Shown here piece by piece: positions 1 to 7,521 of a stretch of 13,684 nt of DNA. Position numbers and translations under genes: made by a program. Source of the DNA: a virus (taxonomy: Duplodnaviria > Heunggongvirae > Uroviricota > Caudoviricetes); IMG/VR virus record IMGVR_UViG_2563366959_000001, positions 1-13,684 of that record; one strand, given 5' to 3'. The notes beneath the pieces were generated by a model that worked only from the letters and a program-made list of their open reading frames with translations, searched no databases and was not told where the DNA came from. Position 1 is the stretch's first letter; each line of letters starts with the position of its first letter.

Positions 1-311
1 ACTGTACTGCGGCGCGCCAGCTGTTTAATGCGCGGATCCGGAGCATCGTATGAATCCGGCAGCGGAAGCCCTTCACCGTAAGCCATGGCATTGGACTGCC
101 CGGCCAGTACGATGACGTAGTACCAATCCGGCTCAGTTGCACCACTGACCACCACATCACCTTCTGCTGTAATCGCCTGCATCAGGGTATAAGGGGTTAT
201 GGCCACCGGACTACCAAACGGCTGCCAGCCCTCTTTCAGTTTGTGTGTCAGCTTTTCCGCAAGGTCTGACGGCGACGCCGCCCTGACAACATCATAATGT
301 TTAAATGTCAT
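1..311 (-). CDS. Late-region esterase, 5' part only (DUF1737-like N-terminus followed by SGNH/sialate O-acetylesterase-like domain; NanS-p-like); gene continues beyond window start
   Basis: ATG at 309-311 (minus) preceded by GGAGG (316-320) with 4-nt spacing; translation MTFKHYDVVRAASPSDLAEKLTHKLKEGWQPFGSPVAITPYTL...VLAGQSNAMAYGEGLPLP with the GQSN block typical of SGNH hydrolases; open to position 1. Confidence 0.6.
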   Translation of the reverse strand, partial: MTFKHYDVVRAASPSDLAEKLTHKLKEGWQPFGSPVAITPYTLMQAITAEGDVVVSGATEPDWYYVIVLAGQSNAMAYGEGLPLPDSYDAPDPRIKQLARRST

Positions 312-354
312 TATTCCTCCCGGCCGGGATAGTGTATTAAATCAGATATGGAGT

Positions 355-399
355 GGGCTGTAGTCCGGAAGCCTGAATGACACACGGGGACTACAGCCC
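355..399. other. Perfect 12-bp inverted repeat GGGCTGTAGTCC / GGACTACAGCCC with 21-nt loop (potential RNA stem-loop)
   Basis: Direct reading: arms at 355-366 and 388-399 are exact reverse complements. Confidence 0.5.
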
Positions 400-423
400 A
401 AGAAATGAAAAAAGGCCACGCAG

Positions 424-453
424 TTGCGCAGCCTGATAAACCCTGGTTAAAAT
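424..453 (+). promoter_or_regulatory. Candidate sigma70 promoter (TTGCGC - 18 nt - TAAAAT) facing the 496-520 terminator
   Basis: Hexamers read from sequence; no experimental support; would give a ~60-nt transcript ending at the plus-strand terminator. Confidence 0.25.
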
Positions 454-495
454 CCACACGATAACAACACAACAATATCAGTATCTCATGCTATT

Positions 496-520
496 GCCCG
501 AACCCATTCGGGCATTTTTT
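496..520 (+). terminator. Rho-independent terminator (GCCCGAA-CCCA-TTCGGGC followed by A + T6)
   Basis: 7-bp GC-rich stem, 4-nt loop, six T run at 515-520. Confidence 0.55.
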
Positions 521-521
521 A

Positions 522-553
522 CCCATAAAAAATGCCCCTCCGGAGAGGGGCAT
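522..553 (-). terminator. Rho-independent terminator for minus-strand transcripts (9-bp stem ATGCCCCTC/GAGGGGCAT, loop, then T6 on minus strand)
   Basis: Stem 532-540/545-553; plus-strand A-run 527-532 gives the U-tract on the minus strand; back-to-back with the 496-520 terminator. Confidence 0.55.
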
Positions 554-718
554 GTTTGCATGCACATTCTTTTTCTTGCATGGTGCCGGGTGCCTCCCGG
601 TGAATTCAGTATCAGCACCTGAATCCGCGATTATCACATATACCTGGTTGCTGATTGCCCCTCCGCACAGGGGGATTCACCATGCAGTAGTATTTTTAAT
701 AAACAGTAAACAAAAAAA

Positions 719-838
719 TCAAGCATTATGCAGGCTGTTTCTTTTTATCACCGGCCACAGCAATACCACAATGCCGCAGACCAGAGCGCCATCAGTCAGT
801 ACCAACATTATCCTGCTGGTGAAATCCATCATCACCAT
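719..838 (-). CDS. Candidate small hydrophobic single-TM peptide (39 aa from ATG: MVMMDFTSRIMLVLTDGALVCGIVVLLWPVIKRNSLHNA); alternative upstream GTG/TTG starts possible
   Basis: Hand translation of minus strand; open frame between TGA stops; no convincing SD; overlaps an antisense plus-strand ORF (552-881) so coding status is uncertain. Confidence 0.3.
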   Translation of the reverse strand: MVMMDFTSRIMLVLTDGALVCGIVVLLWPVIKRNSLHNA

Positions 839-971
839 CACTAAAAGCAGGATCACAACAGCAAGCAGACACAGTTTATAAAACAATGTTCAGAAAACGC
901 ATTCAGCATGCCTAAGGTTCTATTCCTACGAATAGCCAACTTGCAACTTAAAATATTATTTATGCAGCCAA

Positions 972-1730
972 TTAAATTCTGGTCCTTACAATATCAACCT
1001 GAAGATTCTTATCTTGTGCTGATTGATAAATCACAAACCTTTTACTACCTGCATTGAAAGAAGTAGACAAAACCAGACAATTATCATAACGAGCAAGAAC
1101 ATAATACCAACCATCATTATAATTAATCATTTCATATTCTTTCTTAAACTGTGGTTTGTAATATCCTGTCAGAAATGAAAAAAGCCAGAAATATGCCACA
1201 AAAGCAATCATCACAATCTCAAAAAAATGTTTTTTTATAAATGGCTTATCATAGAAGCATGATACCGATAAAAATCGCCCATAAGATCTTATCGAAATTG
1301 TAACCGCCAGCGCAATCGCTGCTGACAGTAGCAAAAGAGGTACCTGAATCTTCTGTCTCAATATAGAAAACTCAATAATTGCCGGCACAAACAATAATTC
1401 CACAGCAAAATAAAGGCGAAATACATTTAGCTCTTGCATAGAATGTTTTCTTTTCACTGCGAAAAAGAATACAACACCAATACCCCAACCGATAAGAAAT
1501 ATAGCAATGACGATAACTGCAAAAAATAAACTTCTGGCAACATCATCAACACCTGCACCTACAATCCACCATGGGAAGCCGTAGTAAAAAGAAGTACCCC
1601 ATCCATAGAAATAAGCACTCCCCCATCCAAGGCATCCCATGTAGGCAATAAAAAGTGAAGAACTCCTGAGCAGCGCACCATCCTTCATAACCACCCCAAT
1701 ACAAGATGATAACATTGGCTTACAACTCAT
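972..1730 (-). CDS. Polytopic membrane protein of unknown function (252 aa; aromatic-rich N-terminal segment, ~4-5 predicted TM helices, ~55-aa soluble C-terminal tail); AT-rich moron between Q/PR' and the late esterase gene
   Basis: Long ORF in an otherwise non-coding-looking, visibly AT-rich block; hydrophobic stretches LFFAVIVIAIFLIGWGIGVVFFFAV, FRLYFAVELLFVPAIIEFSIL, VPLLLLSAAIALAVTISI, FFEIVMIAFVAYFWLFSFLTGYY; candidate promoter TTGACG (1750-1755) - 17 nt - TTATGA overlapping the first ATG; true start may be Met6 (1715). Confidence 0.7.
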   Translation of the reverse strand: MSCKPMLSSCIGVVMKDGALLRSSSLFIAYMGCLGWGSAYFYGWGTSFYYGFPWWIVGAGVDDVARSLFFAVIVIAIFLIGWGIGVVFFFAVKRKHSMQELNVFRLYFAVELLFVPAIIEFSILRQKIQVPLLLLSAAIALAVTISIRSYGRFLSVSCFYDKPFIKKHFFEIVMIAFVAYFWLFSFLTGYYKPQFKKEYEMINYNDGWYYVLARYDNCLVLSTSFNAGSKRFVIYQSAQDKNLQVDIVRTRI

Positions 1731-1879
1731 AACAAAAGCAATTCAATGCCGTCAAGAGGTTACAGGCTAAAAAAACTCTATTACATTGCAGTCAGCATGT
1801 TTACTACACAAATACAATTCAGAGCATAAAAACTACTCGGCGGCAGGTTATTGAGACTCATCAATGACATGTAAAAAAC

Positions 1880-1925
1880 GCCCATTATTGGTGTCAAGTT
1901 TCCCCAAAGTTATTCAAAAAGTCAA
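1880..1925 (-). promoter_or_regulatory. PR'/qut-like late promoter region downstream of Q (minus strand TTGACT-TTTTGAATAACTTTGGGG-AAACTT-GACACCAATAATGGGCG)
   Basis: Position immediately after Q and close resemblance, from memory, to lambda PR' (TTGACT TATTGAATAAAATTGGG TAAATT TGACTCAACGAT); -10-like pause element AATAAT in the initial transcribed region. Confidence 0.5.
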
Positions 1926-1967
1926 TATTATGCCGTTAATATGTTGCCATCCGTGGCAATCATGGCG

Positions 1968-2591
1968 CTAACGTGTGATCGCATTCAAAATGTTGTCTGC
2001 GATTGACTCTTCCTTGTGGCATTGCACAACCAGAGCGTCATACAGCGGCTTAACAGTGCGTGACCAGGTGGGTTGGGTAAGGTTTGGGATTAGCATCGTC
2101 ACAGCGCGATATGCGGCGCTTGCTGGCATTCTTGAATAACCGACGCCTTTACATCTTCCGCACTCTTTCTCAGCAACTATCCCCCACTGCTCTGTTTTGG
2201 CTATATCAACCGCACGGCCTGTACCGTGGCAATCTCTGCATCTTGCGCCCGGCGTAGCGGCACTACGGCAATAATCCGCATAAGCGAATGTTGCGAGCAC
2301 TTGCAGTACCTTTGCCTTAGTATTTCCTTCAAGCTTTGCCACGCCACGGTATTTCCCCGATACCTTGTGTGCAAATTGCATCAGATAGTTGATAGCCTTT
2401 TGTTTGTCGTTCTGGCTTAGTTCATGCTTACCGCAGAATGCAGCCATTCCGAATCCGGCTTGTGATTGCGCCATCCCCATAGCAGCCATCACATCAGTAC
2501 CGGAAAGAGAGTCAGAAGCCGTGGCCCGTGGTGAGTCGCTCATCATCGGGCTTTTTGGCGAATGAAATTTAGCTACGCTTTCGAGTCTCAT
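1968..2591 (-). CDS. Q: Late-gene antitermination protein Q (lambda-type)
   Basis: 207-aa translation [44 protein letters not shown]... matches lambda Q as recalled, including Cys-rich zinc-binding region; ATGA-type overlap with upstream gene. Confidence 0.95.
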   Translation of the reverse strand: MRLESVAKFHSPKSPMMSDSPRATASDSLSGTDVMAAMGMAQSQAGFGMAAFCGKHELSQNDKQKAINYLMQFAHKVSGKYRGVAKLEGNTKAKVLQVLATFAYADYCRSAATPGARCRDCHGTGRAVDIAKTEQWGIVAEKECGRCKGVGYSRMPASAAYRAVTMLIPNLTQPTWSRTVKPLYDALVVQCHKEESIADNILNAITR

Positions 2592-3253
2592 GCGCCTTCT
2601 CCCTGTACCTGAATCAATGTGAGGTTTCCGCAGAACACTGCGCCGGTATCTATATACATCTGGTTGGCAAACTTGAGTGGTTTCACTGCTGGCGTATGAC
2701 CAAAGATGAACGTGTCCGCGCCTTTGATTTCTTTCACGATCCCGTCTTGTGAGTTGCTGATTCGTTCGCGGTTCCAGATTACCTGCTGATGATCAACTGG
2801 CTTTCCAAACTCGTATTTATCACAAGGATAATCGGCGTGGCAGATGACATATTTTTTTCCTTTACTCACCAGTTCGATGATTAACGGAAGTTCATCTGCT
2901 TTATGGGCAAGAGCTTTAGCCAGAATTTCTTTGTCGTAATCGAGATTAAAGAACCAGCCACCGCCATTAAGCAGCCAGTGATTGACGTTTCCACGCTCTG
3001 ATAAGCCATCAATCATCATTTGCTCATGGTTTCCACGTACAGCTCTGAACCAGGGGAATGTGATTAATTCCAGGCATTCTACGTTCTCTGTACCGCGATC
3101 AACCAAATCGCCCACCGAGATAAGCAGGTCTTTTTTGGTGTCGAATCCTATCGTCTCCAGTTTTTTCATCAGGTTCGTGTAGCATCCGTGCAGATCGCCA
3201 ACTACCCAAATATTTCGGTATTTGCTGCCATCAATTCTTTCGTAGATATTCAT
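2588..3253 (-). CDS. ninI: Ser/Thr protein phosphatase (lambda phosphatase, NinI/orf221 family; calcineurin-like metallophosphoesterase)
   Basis: 221 aa; motifs GDLHG, GDLVDRG, GNHE characteristic of PPP-family phosphatases; stop overlaps Q start. Confidence 0.95.
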   Translation of the reverse strand: MNIYERIDGSKYRNIWVVGDLHGCYTNLMKKLETIGFDTKKDLLISVGDLVDRGTENVECLELITFPWFRAVRGNHEQMMIDGLSERGNVNHWLLNGGGWFFNLDYDKEILAKALAHKADELPLIIELVSKGKKYVICHADYPCDKYEFGKPVDHQQVIWNRERISNSQDGIVKEIKGADTFIFGHTPAVKPLKFANQMYIDTGAVFCGNLTLIQVQGEGA

Positions 3254-3855
3254 GCAACCTCACTTCTGCTGTTTCGCAGTTTTTTAAGTTTCTGTTGATA
3301 CTCCGCCTTGATGGCCCTGCACTCTTCGACAGTCCAGCGATAGCGGTTATGGTTTGATTCGATTTCCTCTACTGCTTCCTGCCCGATGCGGCTAATCAGT
3401 TCGACGCGATACGGAACGAGATTTCCGCTTTTGTGCTGGTTGCACACCACGCATTGCTTGTGAATATTGCGTTCATCAAATCGGAGTTGAGGTGCCGCAG
3501 CAGTTGTCCGGTAATGTCCGGCATCCCACTGAGCAGACGTGAGCGTTCCGCACGAGATACATGGTAAGTCGCGGTCTCTTTCTCTGATGAAGGCGTTTAC
3601 GGCTTGTTGGGCTTGTTTAATCCAGTAACTGCGGGGCTTTAAGGCGAGTTTTCGAATCTTAATTTTATCTTTCTGTTTCTGCTCCTCTCGTCGTCGTTTC
3701 TTCTCTGCTGTTTTTTCCGCCTTTTCGCGTTCTTTATTTCGTCGTTCGAGCGCTAATTTAGTTCCGTGTTCCGGGCTGCACCACCACTGATTTGAGAATG
3801 CCGGGTGAAACCATTCCTTACAGATTTTGCATTTCCTTCGCGCTGGTTTAGCCAT
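3250..3855 (-). CDS. ninG: NinG/Rap recombination-associated protein (Holliday-junction/branched-DNA endonuclease family)
   Basis: 201 aa; N-terminal Cys motif [10 protein letters not shown]...WWCSPEHG, lysine/arginine-rich linker, conserved C-terminal Cys/His cluster; synteny just upstream of phosphatase and Q. Confidence 0.9.
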   Translation of the reverse strand: MAKPARRKCKICKEWFHPAFSNQWWCSPEHGTKLALERRNKEREKAEKTAEKKRRREEQKQKDKIKIRKLALKPRSYWIKQAQQAVNAFIRERDRDLPCISCGTLTSAQWDAGHYRTTAAAPQLRFDERNIHKQCVVCNQHKSGNLVPYRVELISRIGQEAVEEIESNHNRYRWTVEECRAIKAEYQQKLKKLRNSRSEVA

Positions 3856-4583
3856 TAAGCAGCCTCCCCTGTTACTTTAAGCATTCCGTTATCGAGCAGC
3901 TTTCTGGTCAGCCACTGTTGACCACGCCCGGTGATTTTTGTGGTGAACGATATCTGTATTCCGTGATTTGTATTGACCGCTGTTTCTTTCACTGTGAAAT
4001 AGCCGCGATCCATATATTCCTGCATTGGCACATTGCGCCGGGCACCTGAAGCAATAAGGATTTTGTGTTCGCGCATCCACGCAAACAGTTTGTTTGGACC
4101 AATACCAACAACCTTTGCATAGTTTCCAATCAAAATTCCGCTGGCCTCGCCAACGCGATCGGCAAACTCAACTTTAGGTGCGGCAATTGCGAGCTGGTTT
4201 TCCAGTTGCATTTTCTGCTCAGCAAGATCAGCAGCAAGGCGCAACGCTTCTGGTAGAGTTTTGGGGATATTAACCGCAGCGTCTTCAAGCTCTCGCCAAC
4301 GGTCAACAAGACGAGCGGTGAATTCCGGCGACAACTGGGCAACGACAATAATGCTGTCTCGCTTACCTTGTTCGCCTTCGAATACATACACACGAAAACT
4401 TTGATTTAAGCCTAACCCATTGATTCTTCCACAATCCTCAATTTGAGGATGTCGGATAACACCATTTTTAGCCAGCATTTCGATAGTACGTTTCACATTG
4501 TCATGACGCTTACCTGTAAGCTCAGAGATTTCAATGCTGGTCATTTTGATGACGTTGCTATTTATCAGCTCGTTCATTGTCAT
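3855..4583 (-). CDS. Phage antirepressor-like protein (Rha-type N-terminal domain + KilA-C/ANT C-terminal domain; Roi-like)
   Basis: N-terminus [23 protein letters not shown] (Rha-like), C-terminus with ANT/KilAC-like block; likely true start at Met3 (ATG ending 4577) 8 nt after GAGG; stop overlaps ninG ATG (TAATG). Confidence 0.8.
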   Translation of the reverse strand: MTMNELINSNVIKMTSIEISELTGKRHDNVKRTIEMLAKNGVIRHPQIEDCGRINGLGLNQSFRVYVFEGEQGKRDSIIVVAQLSPEFTARLVDRWRELEDAAVNIPKTLPEALRLAADLAEQKMQLENQLAIAAPKVEFADRVGEASGILIGNYAKVVGIGPNKLFAWMREHKILIASGARRNVPMQEYMDRGYFTVKETAVNTNHGIQISFTTKITGRGQQWLTRKLLDNGMLKVTGEAA

Positions 4584-4651
4584 GTCCTCTCATATTGAAA
4601 ATTCACCAATAAAAAACCCAGCCGAAGCTGGGTTTGTTAAGTTGTCAATTG

Positions 4652-5356
4652 TCAGTAGCGATGTAGTGAAGGAGGTAATTCTTTGTTCTTAAGCCTTACC
4701 CATGCGGAAAGATTCGTTGGTCCGTCTGGCTCATTAATATCAACATCTCGTGTGTGATTGATTAAAACGTCTCTCGCCATTCCAATAACATACGAGAACT
4801 CATGACCGTAGTCGTAACATCTGCCGGAATAGTTCGATTGAATTTGCTTTAGCGCTGGATACAATTCGCGGAATAATGCCTGTGAGCGGTTAGCATAATC
4901 CCACAGCCATACAAGGCTGTCTGTTTCTTTTGCGGAAAGCCCGTTGAGCTTCTTCTCTTGTTTGCCAGTATTTTTCTCGCACTGGCTGAAATAGCAGTCT
5001 TCCAGTTTTTCGAACACTTCCCACGCCTGATCGGTTTCGAGCATTTTGGCGTGACGGGCTGCTCCGCGTTCTGTCCAGAGGATGAGGGAGCGGGCTTTCG
5101 GGGAAATTTGTAACCCTCTTAAAGATGGTTGCAAATTTTGTGAGTTACTTAAAGTAACCCGCAAAATTTTCAACTCATCACCAACAACCTTGAAAAAGTG
5201 TTTACCCTCAACAAAACGCTCGGAATTACGGGTGTAATTTACTTTGATGTTGTTGATCTCGGTACAGTAAAGCTGTGCCAGTAACTCGGTAGTGATAACG
5301 GGAATTTGGTTGTGTGTAATTGGGGAAAGAGTTTCGACAGAAATCTGAGTGGCCAT
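4652..5356 (-). CDS. ORF6N/KilA-N-family DNA-binding protein (phage regulatory protein)
   Basis: Conserved block ...[34 protein letters not shown] typical of ORF6N-domain proteins; start placed at [10 protein letters not shown] (ATG at 5354-5356) with GGAG 8 nt upstream rather than the longer track ORF. Confidence 0.7.
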   Translation of the reverse strand: MATQISVETLSPITHNQIPVITTELLAQLYCTEINNIKVNYTRNSERFVEGKHFFKVVGDELKILRVTLSNSQNLQPSLRGLQISPKARSLILWTERGAARHAKMLETDQAWEVFEKLEDCYFSQCEKNTGKQEKKLNGLSAKETDSLVWLWDYANRSQALFRELYPALKQIQSNYSGRCYDYGHEFSYVIGMARDVLINHTRDVDINEPDGPTNLSAWVRLKNKELPPSLHRY

Positions 5357-5513
5357 AACGATAACTCCGTACATTTGGACATTATCGCCACCGTCAGGTG
5401 CTAATCATCATGGTGGCGAACTGTGCGGGGTTAGCACTACCGGGTACGGAAACCGGCGAGCCTTTCGGCTCCCCCACACAGCCCGCCATAAATCGCGAAT
5501 GTGACTGTGCAAA

Positions 5514-5548
5514 CGATATGAAAAAAGACGCGGGCGCGTCTCATATCG
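5514..5548 (-). terminator. Rho-independent terminator in the nin region (inner hairpin GACGCG-NN-CGCGTC followed by T6 on minus strand, nested in a longer inverted repeat CGATATGA...TCATATCG)
   Basis: Read directly; on minus strand GACGCGCCCGCGTC is followed by TTTTTTCATATCG. Confidence 0.5.
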
Positions 5549-5633
5549 CTCCGTAAACATCCGGGGTGCTAATCCCGACGCCAGATTTTGCTGGCGCGTG
5601 AGGAATATAGCCCCGAATAAATCATCGCGTCAA

Positions 5634-5816
5634 TCACCTTGTTTTCCTCGCACGATGTCTTAGCCACCGGATATCCCACAGATGAGCCGTGCAGTTGAAG
5701 GTTTTTACGTCAGATTCTTTTGGGATTGGCTTGCGTTTATTTCTGGAGCGTTTCGTTGGAAGGTATTTGCAGTTTTCGCAGATGATGTCGGTGATGCTTC
5801 GTCGCTGTCGCCTCAT
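5634..5816 (-). CDS. ninE: NinE family protein (60 aa)
   Basis: Translation [60 protein letters not shown]; ATG overlaps the methyltransferase stop (ATGA). Confidence 0.8.
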   Translation of the reverse strand: MRRQRRSITDIICENCKYLPTKRSRNKRKPIPKESDVKTFNCTAHLWDIRWLRHRARKTR

Positions 5817-6340
5817 GCCGCCCTCCTGACGCCCTGCCCGATCGCCATCAATGCCGCTTTGGATACAGTAGTAAACATTCGTCGAGGACTGATGAACGGT
5901 CGCCAAATCAGCAGCATGGAGCCTTTGCTGTTTCCCTTCTTCTCCAGCCCTGTCGATGGTTCGATAAAATTAATCCGTCCATCAGTGATAATGCGAACTT
6001 CGTCAACACTCTCCAGAGCCTTGCTGAACCATCCGACTGACATATCCTCTGGCACAAGCATCACTACCGTCTGTCGCTGTTGTATGCACTGCTCAGCGGC
6101 TTTTTCCACCCACGGCCTGATATTGCTGTACGGTGGGTTATTCCAGATTGCACCGTGGCTTATCCACTCAGAATTTAGCGCGTCGTCGGCCTCAGTTAAC
6201 CAGTGAGCGCACAGAGCATTTTTGTCGCTCGCTGCCGAATCCAGCCAGAATCCAAACTCAATATCCAGTGCATCAAAAAGCCAAAGCGGCGTTTGCCAGC
6301 AGTCCTTGTCGTGTGATGGCGTATTTGATTTGATAGTCAT
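5813..6340 (-). CDS. Phage Dam-family DNA N6-adenine methyltransferase (orphan, no adjacent restriction enzyme)
   Basis: 175 aa from [25 protein letters not shown]...; NPPY catalytic motif (motif IV of amino-methyltransferases); occupies the ninC position; ATGA overlaps at both ends. Confidence 0.85.
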   Translation of the reverse strand: MTIKSNTPSHDKDCWQTPLWLFDALDIEFGFWLDSAASDKNALCAHWLTEADDALNSEWISHGAIWNNPPYSNIRPWVEKAAEQCIQQRQTVVMLVPEDMSVGWFSKALESVDEVRIITDGRINFIEPSTGLEKKGNSKGSMLLIWRPFISPRRMFTTVSKAALMAIGQGVRRAA

Positions 6341-6939
6341 GCAGCCCGATCTCCCCATCGCGCTTTCATTTTTTCATTTGCAAATCGCCAGAATCTTCCT
6401 TTGTGATATGAGCTTTCGCCATTACAGCAACGACTAATTGACGAACTATCAAATCCTTCTCTGACAGCATCCATAGCTGCTTCATAATAAACCTCCTCCC
6501 CAGTTTTCATGTCAGTAGAAATAACAGCTTTACTGGCAGGATGGTCACCACTAAATTTACCTAGCGATATAGGTATTCTTCCATTTTGTTTATATCCGTG
6601 TTTTGAGTTTTCAGAATGTGATACCCATTCAAGGTTATCAGCCCTATTGTCATCTCTTCGCCCATTTTTGTGATTAACTACCAAGCCATCACAGAACCCT
6701 GTACAGAATGCTTTCGCAACTATCCTGTGGGCGCTGTATTTCTTACCGTATACCTTTATTTGAAGATATCCTGTCGACTTGCACTTGAATGGTTTTACAC
6801 TAGTGCCATTAATTATTTTCTTATATGGCCTCTGTCTGGTTGATGTTACTGTAACTTCCCTCGTAATAGACCTGAAATTTCCTTTATTGCTAACCTGATA
6901 AAATGGAATCCCTTCGATATCTACCCAAACCTCAATCAT
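6337..6939 (-). CDS. HNH homing endonuclease (NUMOD4-like N-terminus + HNH nuclease motif)
   Basis: N-terminus MIEVWVDIEGIPFYQVSNKGNFRS (NUMOD4-like), HNH core VVNHKNGRRDDNRADNLEWVSHSEN; GGAGG 4 nt upstream of ATG; AT-rich; C-terminal 9 residues KARWGDRAA look like a NinB C-terminus. Confidence 0.85.
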   Translation of the reverse strand: MIEVWVDIEGIPFYQVSNKGNFRSITREVTVTSTRQRPYKKIINGTSVKPFKCKSTGYLQIKVYGKKYSAHRIVAKAFCTGFCDGLVVNHKNGRRDDNRADNLEWVSHSENSKHGYKQNGRIPISLGKFSGDHPASKAVISTDMKTGEEVYYEAAMDAVREGFDSSSISRCCNGESSYHKGRFWRFANEKMKARWGDRAA

Positions 6940-7348
6940 AATTCCTCCATTCGCTAAGATGAATTGAGTTCATGGCACAATATGCTTCTATGTAGTCCAT
7001 TATTTCGGATATTTTTTTTACAGATAGAGTCGCCGTACTCTCTCTGATGTTTATTAGCTCACCTTCTAACCCTGATATAATCTCAGGGTGCTGGTTGGTT
7101 GCAATCTGCCAACCAGAAACGAATAACCCCTTCCAAAACTCAATATTTCTTGCTTTTCCGTGATATGTAGCCTTCTTACTTATTTCAGATAGCATCGCGT
7201 GAAGGCGTGCATTTTGCCGAATGCTGCGGTTGCGTTCCTGAATGGTTACTACGATTGGTTTGGTTGGGTCTGGAAGAATTTGCTGGATAGCTTGAATGGC
7301 GTTCTGCTGATGGATGGGGCTTCTTAGTTCAAATGTTAGTTTCCTCAT
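6932..7348 (-). CDS. ninB: NinB (Orf-family recombination mediator) homologue; lambda-like N-terminal third, divergent AT-rich remainder
   Basis: From MRKLTFELRSPIHQQNAIQAIQQILPDPTKPIVVTIQERNRS (near-identical to lambda NinB N-terminus as recalled), 138 aa; start chosen at internal ATG (7346-7348) matching the family N-terminus. Confidence 0.85.
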   Translation of the reverse strand: MRKLTFELRSPIHQQNAIQAIQQILPDPTKPIVVTIQERNRSIRQNARLHAMLSEISKKATYHGKARNIEFWKGLFVSGWQIATNQHPEIISGLEGELINIRESTATLSVKKISEIMDYIEAYCAMNSIHLSEWRNYD

Positions 7349-7511
7349 CACCCTTAATCCTCTCGAAGTTCTTCTCGAAGTTTTTGGTGTCGAACACTGA
7401 CCACCGACCATTATGAATGGCGTATGCACATGTCTTGTTTTCGTCCTGATAAACCACCCTTACCTTGCGATAAAACCGTGGCTTAATCTCTCTGAATATT
7501 TGCTCGCTCAT
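7329..7511 (-). CDS. Hypothetical small protein (60 aa)
   Basis: ATG at 7509-7511 with strong SD AAGGAG 5 nt upstream; MSEQIFREIKPRFYRKVRVVYQDENKTCAYAIHNGRW...; 3' end overlaps ninB start out of frame. Confidence 0.55.
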   Translation of the reverse strand: MSEQIFREIKPRFYRKVRVVYQDENKTCAYAIHNGRWSVFDTKNFEKNFERIKGDEETNI

Positions 7512-7521
7512 GCTCACTCCT

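Noticed and set aside
552-881. 109-aa plus-strand ORF starting inside the terminator hairpin
   Set aside because: Start codon lies in a terminator stem, composition is odd (Thr/Ile/His-rich, no domain features), and it is antisense to a more gene-like small hydrophobic ORF; kept only as an ambiguity, not called
1731-1880. Possible tRNA genes or a tR'-type terminator between PR' and the moron (tRNAs are common here in Stx phages)
   Set aside because: No cloverleaf-compatible sequence or GC-rich stem plus U-tract could be found by eye; only weak AT-rich hairpins
2226-3182. Plus-strand ORFs 2226-2420 and 2982-3182
   Set aside because: Lie inside Q and the phosphatase on the opposite strand; shadow ORFs
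3889-4393. ORFs 3889-4080 (-), 4065-4256 (+), 4130-4393 (-)
   Set aside because: All nested within the antirepressor gene in alternative frames or strand; no independent support
5682-6206. 174-aa plus-strand ORF
   Set aside because: Entirely antisense to the well-supported methyltransferase and NinE genes; no SD; typical shadow ORF
6133-6437. Plus-strand ORFs 6133-6333 and 6222-6437
   Set aside because: Antisense to the methyltransferase/HNH junction; shadow ORFs
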